A stretch of 64,000 nt of DNA from NCBI GenBank assembly GCA_964601175.1, contig CAZRMJ010000001.1, positions 11,280 through 75,279 on the forward strand, read 5' to 3'. How positions within the stretch are numbered: the first letter of the stretch is position 1; each line of letters starts with the position of its first letter. The position numbers and the translations under genes are program-made. Shown piece by piece: positions 16,761 to 26,053 of this stretch. The notes beneath the pieces are model-generated. The model ran no database searches. It saw only the letters and a program-made list of their open reading frames with translations, and was not told where the DNA came from. This DNA is from Candidatus Woesearchaeota archaeon (lineage in GTDB: Archaea > Nanobdellota > Nanobdellia > Pacearchaeales > GW2011-AR1).

Positions 16761-17959
16761 GGGTTACAGTTTTTGCATACAAAATTTCTTCCTGTTGAAT
16801 CAGGGATCATAAATCTTTTATTTTTGAATGCTTTACATTTGATACATACTTTTCCACATTGCTTGCATGTTTTTCTTTTCGTTATGCTACATAATTGCTT
16901 TAAGCATAAATTGCAAGATATTTCATTACAATCTTCACATCGTTCTCCACAATTTCTACAAACTAAGTGGCTACCATTACAGATTATTATTTCAGATAGA
17001 TTATTTTTACAAAGATCGCACAATGGAAATTCTATTTTATTTTTTAGAGGATCAAAGCTCATTGTTGCCAATCTAGTTACATCTTTTGATTTGAAGAACG
17101 CTTCTATGGAATAGATTGGATAATCTATTATTGTAGTAGTTATTAGTTTCGTATTTAGTCTTAGGGCATGCTTTTTTTGTTCATTTTCTATAAATAGCGC
17201 TTTTTCTGTACTAAATTGTTCTTTTTGTTTTTCTAGCTCTGCCGGATCTTTAGACCTATTTTGATTTTGGGAGTTATTTATTTTAGATATTTGCTCATCT
17301 ATTTCTTTTACTTGTTGTTCATAATATGCATTTATTCTAGATATCTCTTTAGACAGACTACTTTCAAGAGTATTTGCTATAATCGAGGTTTTATTGTTTA
17401 TAGAATCTTTAATGCTTTCTTTAGCTAAGAGGTAATAATCTCTTAATTCTGTCAATTCAATGTCTTTTTTGTTTAAATTACTTGTCGTAAACCTTTCTAG
17501 ATCTGGATTTATTATTACTCCTTCATCTACATATACTTCATTAATTAGCTTCTCTTCTTCGTTTAGATACTTGTATGTTGTTTGAAATGTAAATTTGAAT
17601 AAGAAATTATGCAATGCATTATTATTTGCTTTTACAAGTGAACAATTAATCAATTTTAGATTTTCTTTAATAAATGAGTCCATATGTAATTTATAGTTTA
17701 AAGAAAGTAAAACTGCTTCTCCTGAATTGTCTAAATAAGACCTCATCATTTTTAGCAAATAACTCTCAGAAGTTATTAGTTCGGTTCCTTGAGTGGAAAG
17801 ATTTTTGTCGAAAACTAATTTGTATGGTTCGTTTTTGCCATAAAATTTTTGAAATTTTTGAGGTACCCCAGTTATTTCTAAGGAATCTCCGGAATCTGAA
17901 ACATTTGCACCTAATTCTTTGAAGAATTTTATGCTAAATTCCTTAAGTTGGGTTTCCAT
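16757..17959 (-). CDS. Coiled-coil protein with C-terminal cluster of six CxxC motifs (triple zinc-ribbon), partner of the SNF2 helicase
   Basis: 400 aa. Its start overlaps the SNF2 stop by 17 nt. C-terminus: CDLC...CRNC..CEDC...CNLC...CKQC..CIKC...CKNC. Confidence 0.6.
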   Translation of the reverse strand: METQLKEFSIKFFKELGANVSDSGDSLEITGVPQKFQKFYGKNEPYKLVFDKNLSTQGTELITSESYLLKMMRSYLDNSGEAVLLSLNYKLHMDSFIKENLKLINCSLVKANNNALHNFLFKFTFQTTYKYLNEEEKLINEVYVDEGVIINPDLERFTTSNLNKKDIELTELRDYYLLAKESIKDSINNKTSIIANTLESSLSKEISRINAYYEQQVKEIDEQISKINNSQNQNRSKDPAELEKQKEQFSTEKALFIENEQKKHALRLNTKLITTTIIDYPIYSIEAFFKSKDVTRLATMSFDPLKNKIEFPLCDLCKNNLSEIIICNGSHLVCRNCGERCEDCNEISCNLCLKQLCSITKRKTCKQCGKVCIKCKAFKNKRFMIPDSTGRNFVCKNCNP

Positions 17960-19730
17960 CTAAGGCCTCCGAAGTGGCTTTTTTGGCATCATTATAATCA
18001 TCTATTCCTTTCTGTATCATTTGACTTATTTCAGTTACATCTTTGGCAAATAGATCTAGGTTATTTTTTGAGTCTATGAATGAATCCATAAGCATCTCTT
18101 CTATTTTTGCAAGTCCTAGTTTGCCAGGGCTATCAAGGCCCAAGTTAAACAATATTGTAGGTAATTCTCCTATTACTAGGCCAATACAGCACATTTTGTT
18201 TATTATCAGGTCAACTACATGCTCTTCCATTGTATCTTTTGTTGCTAAGCTGTAAATGTACATATCTTTAGTTTGGCCTATTCTATCTAATCTACCTATT
18301 CTTTGTTCAACAGACATAGGATTCCAAGGCAGATCATAGTTTATCAAAACATTACAAAATTGAAAGTTAAGACCTTCAGCTCCAGTTTCAGTACTTATCA
18401 TTATTTGGGCTTCTTTTTTGAACTCTTCAATTTTGCGAGTTTTTTCTTCTCTAGTTAAGCCTCCTGTAAACTCAACTATTTTAAGGTTATAAGGCTCTAG
18501 CTTTTCTATTATATATTTTAGAGTAGTAGGATGTTTGGTATAAAGCAGGATCTTTGAATTTTTATCGTTTTTTAGAACTTTATCTATTATTTCTATTAGT
18601 TTTTCTATTTTAGAGTCTTTTGTTATTTTTTTGTATGCATCTATTATCTCTTGTGCAATTTGTTTTGTTTCTGGATGATACTTCTCGCTTTCAGTTATTT
18701 TAGATAAGGACTCTATAGCAGATCTTGAAGAACTTGTTACTTTTGGAAGGATGGCATAGATTATTAGTTTTCCTCTTAACTCATCTCCGTTTGCAGCAAA
18801 ATATTTTGTTTTTAGCAAGTCACATATTGAATCATATATTCTTTTTTCTTCAGATGTTAGATTTACTACTTCTATTTTAGGGATTCTTTTTTTATAGGCT
18901 ATTCCTGTTTCTTCTCTTCTTCTTCTAAGCATTACCTCTTGTAGTCTTCTCCTCAATTCTAATGGATTTAATGGTTTTCTTTTATTTCCCCTGAAAAGGA
19001 ATTTTTGTCTAAATTCTTGTATTGTTCCTAGATGGCCTCTTTTTAACAAGTGAAGTAGATTGTATAATTCTAAAAGGTCGTTTTGAAATGGAGTTGCAGT
19101 TAATAGTAGAAATCTCTTTTTTTGCATCCTATCTACAAATCTCCATCTTGTAGTATTTCTTTGTTTTAATTTATGGGCTTCATCTACTATTAGTAGGTCC
19201 CATGGAATATTATGCGCTTTTTGATGCCTAAATTTTCCAAGTTCTTTATCAAATATTTTTACTTTATCTATTGAGGCTATAACTAAATCAGATTTATCCC
19301 AATCTTCTTCTGATTCTATTATGTGGAAATTCAGATTGAATTTTTCGTTTAGTTCTGCGACCCATTGATCTACTAATGAAGGGGGAGTTAATACAAGAAT
19401 TTTTGATGCAAAACCTCTTACAAGACATTCTTTTATTACCATTCCAGTGGTTATTGTTTTTCCCAATCCAACTTCATCAGCCAATAGGGCTGATCCATTC
19501 ATTTCTCTCAATATATGGAGTGCACCATCTGTTTGATATTTTAATTTATGAGTTAAGTTATCTTTTATTAAATCATAAGATACTAAGCCGTTCAATTCAG
19601 TATTTTTTTCAAGAGTTAATGCGTCTATCTTAAGTTTTGCTGTATCTAATGATCCGAATTTCTTTTGTTCTACTTTTTCAAGGACTTCTAAGTCATCATC
19701 AGAAAACGATTCGTCTATTATTATTGCCAT
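17943..19730 (-). CDS. SNF2/Rad54-family helicase (core only)
   Basis: ADEVGLGKT (I), LIVDEAHKLK (II), LLLTATPFQNDLLELYNLLHLL (III), TETGAEGLNFQ (V), WNPMSVEQRIGRLDRIGQ (VI). I take the ATG at 19730; the track extends to GTG 19736. Confidence 0.9.
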   Translation of the reverse strand: MAIIIDESFSDDDLEVLEKVEQKKFGSLDTAKLKIDALTLEKNTELNGLVSYDLIKDNLTHKLKYQTDGALHILREMNGSALLADEVGLGKTITTGMVIKECLVRGFASKILVLTPPSLVDQWVAELNEKFNLNFHIIESEEDWDKSDLVIASIDKVKIFDKELGKFRHQKAHNIPWDLLIVDEAHKLKQRNTTRWRFVDRMQKKRFLLLTATPFQNDLLELYNLLHLLKRGHLGTIQEFRQKFLFRGNKRKPLNPLELRRRLQEVMLRRRREETGIAYKKRIPKIEVVNLTSEEKRIYDSICDLLKTKYFAANGDELRGKLIIYAILPKVTSSSRSAIESLSKITESEKYHPETKQIAQEIIDAYKKITKDSKIEKLIEIIDKVLKNDKNSKILLYTKHPTTLKYIIEKLEPYNLKIVEFTGGLTREEKTRKIEEFKKEAQIMISTETGAEGLNFQFCNVLINYDLPWNPMSVEQRIGRLDRIGQTKDMYIYSLATKDTMEEHVVDLIINKMCCIGLVIGELPTILFNLGLDSPGKLGLAKIEEMLMDSFIDSKNNLDLFAKDVTEISQMIQKGIDDYNDAKKATSEALDGNPT

Positions 19731-19774
19731 ACACACCCTATTTTGAAAGAGTATTGAACTAACGGTTTTTAAGT

Positions 19775-21061
19775 TTAGGTGTGTTTTTTTGAGATTATTT
19801 TCTTACCTTGCATATATGGCTGAAGAACTTCAGGGATTTTTATACTTCCATCTTTTTGTTGGTAGTTTTCTAGTATTGCAACCATTGCACGAGATGTTGC
19901 TATCGCGGTATTATTCAATGTATGAGGAATATATTTTTCTTTATTTCCTGGATCTACTCTAATCTTTAGCTTTCTGGCTTGTGCATCAGTTAAATTTGAA
20001 CATGATCCGACTTCAAAATATGCTTTTTTTCTTGGAGACCATGCTTCTATGTCTACTTGGATATGTTTCAAATCTCCTAAGTCTCCAGAACATATTCCTA
20101 GAATTCTTATTGGTATCTCTAGATCTTTGAATATTTCTACAGTTGTAGATTGCAATTCTTCAAAGAATGTCATAGATTCTTGGGGTTTACATATAACTAC
20201 CATTTCAACTTTATTGAATTGGTGACTTCTAAATAATCCTTTTTCATCTATTCCGTGAGATCCTATCTCCTTTCTAAAACACATAGAATATGAGGTGAAT
20301 TTTATTGGAAGCTGTTTTTCCATAAGAATGGTATCTAAAAATCTACCTATCAATGAATGTTCACTAGTTCCTATTAAATATAGATTTTCATCATCTATTT
20401 TGTAAATTTGATTTTTCATGTCATTCAGATCTGTTACGTTTTGTATTACTTCTCCTCTAAGCATCAAAGGAGTTTCTACATAAGTAAATCCTTTTTTTGT
20501 TAATTTATCTATTGTAAATCTGATTAATGCTTGATTTAGTAATGCTAAGTCTCCTTGTAAATAATAGAATCCATTTCCACTTGTTCTTGCAGATGCATCA
20601 AAGTCTGCTACTCCTAAAGATTCTGCAATTTCTGCGTGATTTTTTATTTCGAAATCAAATTCTTTAGGTTTTCCGATTCTGCGCATTTGTACGTTTTCAG
20701 AATCGTTTTTACCTACAGCAACTGATTCATGCATCATATTAGGTATTTTTGATAATATTGAATTCAATTCTTCTTCAAGGGAATTCATATTGTTTTCTAA
20801 AGAACTTATTTTTTCAGGAATTAATGAGGCTTCTTTTAACAATTTCTTAGTATCTTTTCCAGCTTTTTTTGCATCGGATATACTCTTCGATATTTTGTTT
20901 CTATCAGCTCTTAATGAATCTACTTGACCTTTCAATTCACGCCACTTTTTATCTTTGGTTAATGCTTCATCTACTAATTTTAATCTGTCATTTTTGAACT
21001 TTTTTTTAATGTTTTCTTTAACTGCTTCTGGATTTTCTCTTAGAAATTTAATGTCAAACAT
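19775..21061 (-). CDS. serS: Seryl-tRNA synthetase
   Basis: 428 aa. MFDIKFLRENPE start, N-terminal coiled-coil arm and class II core motifs (FRKEIGSHG, TSEHSL). Confidence 0.97.
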   Translation of the reverse strand: MFDIKFLRENPEAVKENIKKKFKNDRLKLVDEALTKDKKWRELKGQVDSLRADRNKISKSISDAKKAGKDTKKLLKEASLIPEKISSLENNMNSLEEELNSILSKIPNMMHESVAVGKNDSENVQMRRIGKPKEFDFEIKNHAEIAESLGVADFDASARTSGNGFYYLQGDLALLNQALIRFTIDKLTKKGFTYVETPLMLRGEVIQNVTDLNDMKNQIYKIDDENLYLIGTSEHSLIGRFLDTILMEKQLPIKFTSYSMCFRKEIGSHGIDEKGLFRSHQFNKVEMVVICKPQESMTFFEELQSTTVEIFKDLEIPIRILGICSGDLGDLKHIQVDIEAWSPRKKAYFEVGSCSNLTDAQARKLKIRVDPGNKEKYIPHTLNNTAIATSRAMVAILENYQQKDGSIKIPEVLQPYMQGKKIISKKHT

Positions 21062-21100
21062 GATTATGAGACTTTTTGGATATATTTAAGTCTAATGTCT

Positions 21101-22138
21101 TTAGGCTGCTTCTTCTTTAGTTAGCCAATTTTCTAGTCGTTGTAATGTTTCTATTTCAAATCTTGTTAATCTCTTTAAGTTAAATCTCACTCTTGTTTTA
21201 GGAGATCCTTCATCTATAACTCCTTGAACGTATGTTCGTTGTTTTATTTTTTCTAATAATTCGCGTGCTTCTGATCTTTCTTCAGATACTTTTTCTATTG
21301 TATCTTTTCTTTTTTCAACTACTTTTGATAACTCCTTGAATAAACCTACATGTTCTTCCTTAGTTAAAACATATATCTTTGTTTTATTTGGGCCATCAAT
21401 ACATATACGTTTTAGACATTGTAAATCATAATTATCTCCAAGAACCTTAATTCTTTCTCTTCCTAGTCTTGTTGTTAAAGATTCATCATCTTCAAATATT
21501 GCTCTTATGTCTTTTGAACACAGGTTTTGCCATGAGTTTTCATCTAATTTTCTCGATCTACTCTGTCTTGTTCCATTTAGGAAATCTTCTTTCATTAATC
21601 CGTATAAATGTCTAACGCTATCTTCAATTTTTTCTCCAGTTCTTCTTGATCTTTCTAATGCAAACATCCAGAAAGCAAGATCATTGGGGACGATGTGTTG
21701 ATCTCCCCAGTTTAGTCCAATTGAAGAATATGGTTTTTTTAGATCACTTGCTCTTAGATCATCTTCTCTAATTACTACATCATAATAATAAGCTACATTT
21801 CTATCTTCTGTTGCTCTAAAATCTTCAATTTCAAAAAGTAATCTTTGTTTTGTTCTATCTACTATTCTTTCTTCTAAGAATTCGTAATCTTGTGATGAGC
21901 TTATTGCATAGTGTAATTGAGAATCTACCATTACTCCTTTTGCCCCGCCTTCTCTTTTTCCTGTTTTTACCTCAAGGGTTAGTCTGTAACCATCCATTTC
22001 TCTTTCAGAAATTAAATCAGGTCTTCTCTTATTTCTAGGGTGCCTTCTCATCATGAAAAGCCTTGAAAGCATTTTCTCTGAATCATCTCCGAAAATGTTT
22101 CTGCTGTATGATAAGCATTTATTTGGAGCTTTTGGCAT
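21101..22138 (-). CDS. Hypothetical protein with Hjc-like PD-(D/E)xK nuclease signature in the N-terminal ~110 aa
   Basis: 345 aa. GDDSEKMLSRLF...RRPDLISEREMDGYRLTLEVKTGKRE parallels the Hjc pattern E...PD(10-15 aa)ExK. R/D/E-rich, unlike neighbouring genes. The C-terminal 230 aa are unknown. Confidence 0.45.
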   Translation of the reverse strand: MPKAPNKCLSYSRNIFGDDSEKMLSRLFMMRRHPRNKRRPDLISEREMDGYRLTLEVKTGKREGGAKGVMVDSQLHYAISSSQDYEFLEERIVDRTKQRLLFEIEDFRATEDRNVAYYYDVVIREDDLRASDLKKPYSSIGLNWGDQHIVPNDLAFWMFALERSRRTGEKIEDSVRHLYGLMKEDFLNGTRQSRSRKLDENSWQNLCSKDIRAIFEDDESLTTRLGRERIKVLGDNYDLQCLKRICIDGPNKTKIYVLTKEEHVGLFKELSKVVEKRKDTIEKVSEERSEARELLEKIKQRTYVQGVIDEGSPKTRVRFNLKRLTRFEIETLQRLENWLTKEEAA

Positions 22139-22181
22139 AGAAATTTGTTAAATTATGGCTTTAAATAATTATAAGTTCGTT

Positions 22182-23546
22182 TTAACCATATCTTCTTTGC
22201 ATTCTGTGTGAGTGTCTTCCAGATCCTCTTCCATTGTCTCTTCTATCGTTTCTTCGATCTTCTCTTCTATTGTCAGATCTTCTGTTATTTCCTCCGCCAT
22301 ACCTATCTCTTGAGTAACCACCACTAGATCTTCCATGATCTCTTCTACCTCCAAAACCTCTATTCCTTCCACCGAATGTGAGTCTTCCCCTATTATCTCT
22401 ATCTCCATCTCTTTCTCTAAATCTTACTGCTATTGTTTGAATGTCTTGGGGTATACTTTCTGGTTTTATTTTAATATCTGGGTTTTCTAGAACTCTTCTA
22501 AAACTATCATAATCTCTTTGAGAGACTATTGTTATTGCTATTCCTTCTTTACCTGCCCTTGCAGTTCTACCTATTCTGTGTATATATTCAGTGCTTGTCT
22601 TAGGCACATCGTAGTTGTATACATGAGATACATTCTTTATGTCTAATCCTCTAGCTGCGACGTCAGTACATACTAAGATTAATGCATGTGATGAATGGAA
22701 TTGTTCCATTATTCTGCTTCTCTTATTTTGTGCTAGACCTCCATGAATTGCTATTGCATCTATTTTGTTTCTTTGCAAATTGTGGACTACATAGTCAGCA
22801 TTTCTTCTTGTATTGCAAAAGACCATTACTAATCCCTTTTGTTCAGATTTAAGTAAATGGACTAAAAGTGAGAACTTAAGATTTGAAGGAGTATCATAAT
22901 ATATTTGATAGAGCTTTGTAGGATCTACTTGATTTTCAGATTCTACTAATACTGGTTCATTCATATAATGTTTAGCTATTCTTGATATATCTGATGAAAT
23001 TGTTGCTGAAAATAGTAATGTTTGTCTTTGTTTTGGACATTGATTGATTATAGTAACTACATCATCTATGAATCCCATGTCAAGCATTCTATCAGCTTCA
23101 TCAAGAACTAAGAATTTTAGTTTGCTTAAATCTAAAGAAGCATTTCTTAAATGGTCTAGGACTCTTCCAGGAGTTCCTACAACTATATCTGCTATTCTTA
23201 ATGCATGTTTTTGAGGCTCTATCGACACTCCCCCATATATTTGAACTATTTTAAGATTAGCTTGTCTTGAGTATTTTTCTAAATTTTTACCTATTTGTTC
23301 TGCAAGTTCTCTTGTTGGAGTTAATATTAATGCTTGAATTCCTTGTTTTGCAGATATTTTTTCTATTATTCCTGCACCAAATGCTATTGTTTTTCCAGAT
23401 CCAGTTGCAGAGCTACCTAAAACATCTTTTCCTTGAAGGACTAAAGGTATAGCCTTTTCTTGAATGTGTGTTGGGCTAGTAATTCCATTATCTGAAAGTG
23501 CCTTGACTAGACCTGCGCTTAATCCAAGTTTATCGAATTCGTTCAT
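22182..23546 (-). CDS. DEAD-box ATP-dependent RNA helicase with RG/RGG-rich C-terminal tail
   Basis: Q motif (TSPTHIQ), SATGSGKT, PTRELA, DEAD, SAT, HRIGRTARAG. I take the ATG at 23546 (MNEFDKLGL); the track extends to TTG 23564. The last ~85 aa are RGG/RD repeats. Confidence 0.95.
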   Translation of the reverse strand: MNEFDKLGLSAGLVKALSDNGITSPTHIQEKAIPLVLQGKDVLGSSATGSGKTIAFGAGIIEKISAKQGIQALILTPTRELAEQIGKNLEKYSRQANLKIVQIYGGVSIEPQKHALRIADIVVGTPGRVLDHLRNASLDLSKLKFLVLDEADRMLDMGFIDDVVTIINQCPKQRQTLLFSATISSDISRIAKHYMNEPVLVESENQVDPTKLYQIYYDTPSNLKFSLLVHLLKSEQKGLVMVFCNTRRNADYVVHNLQRNKIDAIAIHGGLAQNKRSRIMEQFHSSHALILVCTDVAARGLDIKNVSHVYNYDVPKTSTEYIHRIGRTARAGKEGIAITIVSQRDYDSFRRVLENPDIKIKPESIPQDIQTIAVRFRERDGDRDNRGRLTFGGRNRGFGGRRDHGRSSGGYSRDRYGGGNNRRSDNRREDRRNDRRDNGRGSGRHSHRMQRRYG

Positions 23547-23605
23547 ATTAAGCAGAGCAAACAACCCTTTTTAAAGGCAAGTGTCTTTGTTTTTAGCAGA
23601 TTAGG

Positions 23606-24652
23606 ATGTTAAATAAAATTGAGGATGGGGTTGTTAGAATTGGTAAAGACCTTAGAGTTTATGAGAGCAAGAATGGAAATTGGAAGGTTTCAGGCAAAGA
23701 ATTTCCTAATGCTTTGAAGATTGTTTCTCTGTTTAAGGCTCACAATAATTTTGATTTTCTTTTAGATAATAAGAATAATAAATTTCTAAAAGGGCAGATT
23801 TTTAAGAAGAAAGTTCAGGGAGCTAGAATAAATGTATTGCCTACTGGAGAGGTTTTAGACAAGGCTTATTCTTTATTTGCAGAAGATTTAACAATCCATG
23901 ATGAGAGTTCCCATGATCATTGGGATGTAATATATAGAAATCCAAATGGTAAATATGCTTATTTGTATACTCTTAAGAAGAAAAATAACTCTTTGAAAAA
24001 TAAGTATAAGAAAGTTGAATTATTTTCCAGGGTTTATAATAAACTGCAGAAAACTGTCGTACAAAATCTAAGTAATGATAAGGATATCTATGCTTTGCCT
24101 TTGTATACTATGTTAAAAACTTGTATGAGGGTCGGTAATGAAACTCATTACAAAGAAACAGGGCATAAAGGACTGACTACATTAAAAAAATCTGATATTA
24201 AAATAAATGATAGGGTAGTTAGTTTTGATTATATTGCTAAATCTGGGGTACCTCTAAATATTGAAGAGGAATTTCCTTTAGATTATATAAAAAGATTAAA
24301 AAATAGACTTAAGGAAATAAAAAATAATGATTTTGTTTTTGCTAATGGTAGAAACCAACCATTAAAAGATACTGAATTTATGAAGGCTTTTGAAAATTAT
24401 TGCGGGTATAAATTTTACCCTCATATAATAAGATCCTATTATGCTACTAAAAGAGTTCAAGATTTTCTAAAACTTCATCATAATAAAGTAAACAAACAAG
24501 AAGTAAAAAATCTTTTTTTAGAAATTGCTGAGAAATTGGGCCATAAAAGATTTGATAAAAAGTCAAATGATTGGAAGAATAGCTATACCGTTACAATACA
24601 CCACTATATACAACCTGAACTTGTTGAGAAATTAGAAAAACTTTCTAATTGA
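23606..24652 (+). CDS. Type IB DNA topoisomerase, short poxvirus/bacterial-like form (tentative)
   Basis: 348 aa. MRVGNETHYKETGHKGLTTLKKSDIKINDRVVSFDYIAKSG parallels vaccinia [35 protein letters not shown]. Later HIIRSY (Arg), LGHKR (His) and HHYIQP (catalytic Tyr). Confidence 0.6.
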   Translation: MLNKIEDGVVRIGKDLRVYESKNGNWKVSGKEFPNALKIVSLFKAHNNFDFLLDNKNNKFLKGQIFKKKVQGARINVLPTGEVLDKAYSLFAEDLTIHDESSHDHWDVIYRNPNGKYAYLYTLKKKNNSLKNKYKKVELFSRVYNKLQKTVVQNLSNDKDIYALPLYTMLKTCMRVGNETHYKETGHKGLTTLKKSDIKINDRVVSFDYIAKSGVPLNIEEEFPLDYIKRLKNRLKEIKNNDFVFANGRNQPLKDTEFMKAFENYCGYKFYPHIIRSYYATKRVQDFLKLHHNKVNKQEVKNLFLEIAEKLGHKRFDKKSNDWKNSYTVTIHHYIQPELVEKLEKLSN

Positions 24653-25040
24653 TATTTTCTTTCTTTTTTTCAAATTTGCTATCTAATGTATATCTATCTG
24701 GACCAAATAGGAATATTGTTAGTGTGGCTAAAGCAAGTCCGAAGTCTCTAATTCCTACTGGTGAAAATCCTATGGAGAGTGCAATTCCAAATAGATGTAA
24801 TCCTAAAATAAGAGAGGAAATCTTTGTGTATAATCCTGTTATTAAAAATAATCCAAATAATAATTCTACAAATCCGTTAATTACTACTAAGTTATTTGCT
24901 GAAATTCCTCCAATTATGAGGAACTTTGGGACATATCCTGCCCATGTACTTGGATCCTTTAACTGACTAAATGAAAAGTAAAAGAATACTAAAGACATTG
25001 AAATTCTTAGTAATAATGGTGCTGCTTCTTTTGAGTGCAT
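24645..25040 (-). CDS. DoxX-family membrane protein
   Basis: 131 aa, 4 TM. LLLRISMSLVFFYFSFSQL start typical of DoxX. Confidence 0.7.
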   Translation of the reverse strand: MHSKEAAPLLLRISMSLVFFYFSFSQLKDPSTWAGYVPKFLIIGGISANNLVVINGFVELLFGLFLITGLYTKISSLILGLHLFGIALSIGFSPVGIRDFGLALATLTIFLFGPDRYTLDSKFEKKKENIN

Positions 25041-25441
25041 TATAATCCTCCTTTAACTTGGAAATCTCCAATTAAGAGTCCAACTCTCATTAATCTGCTA
25101 ACTTGTGATTTTCCATGCTGTGCAGTGAATGCTTGAGTAAATTCATCTGATGTTCCGCAATATGGTACTATCGCTCCAGCTGATCCTGGATGCACTGGAA
25201 GGAACGATGAAATATCATATACTTTTCCATTATATGCTACCCAACAATCATTCATTGAATTATGTTTTGATAATGCTTCTAAGCTTATGGAATTTGATGT
25301 TGCTCCTGTTTGAGTTGTTGCATTTTTTGTAGTGCTTGTTACAGAGCCCGGAGCTTCATATGAAATTGATGATAATCTAATAAATGAAAAAATTCCTATA
25401 GCCAGTATGGTAAGTAAAAGTCCTATGTAAATCTTTTTCAT
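25040..25441 (-). CDS. Membrane-anchored cytochrome b5-like heme-binding domain protein
   Basis: 133 aa. DCWVAYNGKVYDISSFLPVHPGSAG...CGTSDEFTQAF..QH matches the Cyt-b5 pattern. 1-nt overlap with the downstream DoxX gene. Confidence 0.75.
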   Translation of the reverse strand: MKKIYIGLLLTILAIGIFSFIRLSSISYEAPGSVTSTTKNATTQTGATSNSISLEALSKHNSMNDCWVAYNGKVYDISSFLPVHPGSAGAIVPYCGTSDEFTQAFTAQHGKSQVSRLMRVGLLIGDFQVKGGL

Positions 25442-25489
25442 GAATTAAAATAAAAAATAAGCTATTTAAATCTGATGAACTGAAGATCC

Positions 25490-26053
25490 ATGCAGATGAC
25501 TAAAAATATCATTACAATTAACTGTAATAGTCTAAAAGATTGGCACGATTGGCTTGTTGAAAATCATTTGAAAGAGTCTAGTGTTGGAATTATTGTAAAT
25601 AAAAAGCATACAGGAAAAGGGACTATCTCGCATTTAGATTCTATGAAAGAAGCTATTTGTTTTGGTTGGATAGATACAACATTAAAAAGAATTGATGAGG
25701 ATAGATATGTTAGGTATTTTAGAAGAAGAACTGATAAAAGCAAATGGAGTGAAAACACTCTAAGATATGCTAGGGAACTTTTGATTGAAAAGAGAATGTC
25801 TCCTGAAGGTTTGAAAAGATATAATGAGGGCTTAAGCAAGCCTACGCACGATCATGGAATTCCTAAAAATCCTAATCTTCCTTCAGACATTAGAATTCAA
25901 CTTGATAATTTAGGATTATTAAATCAATTTAGAAAATTATCTAAATCTGCGAGAAAAATGCATTTGCGTTATATAATAAAGTCAAAACTTGTTGAAACAA
26001 GACAGAAAAGAATAGATCAGTTAATTAATTTATTAAAAAGTAGATCTGGATGA
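25490..26053 (+). CDS. YdeI/OmpD-associated family protein
   Basis: 187 aa. WHDWLVENH, EAICFGWIDT..KRIDE, RRRTDKSKWSENT. TATA at 25463-25472. Confidence 0.7.
   Translation: MQMTKNIITINCNSLKDWHDWLVENHLKESSVGIIVNKKHTGKGTISHLDSMKEAICFGWIDTTLKRIDEDRYVRYFRRRTDKSKWSENTLRYARELLIEKRMSPEGLKRYNEGLSKPTHDHGIPKNPNLPSDIRIQLDNLGLLNQFRKLSKSARKMHLRYIIKSKLVETRQKRIDQLINLLKSRSG

Noticed and set aside
22169-22408. 79-aa highly acidic ORF (MEIEIIGEDSH...)
   Set aside because: It is an alternative frame of the RGG/RD repeat tail of the DEAD-box helicase. The repeats keep several frames open.
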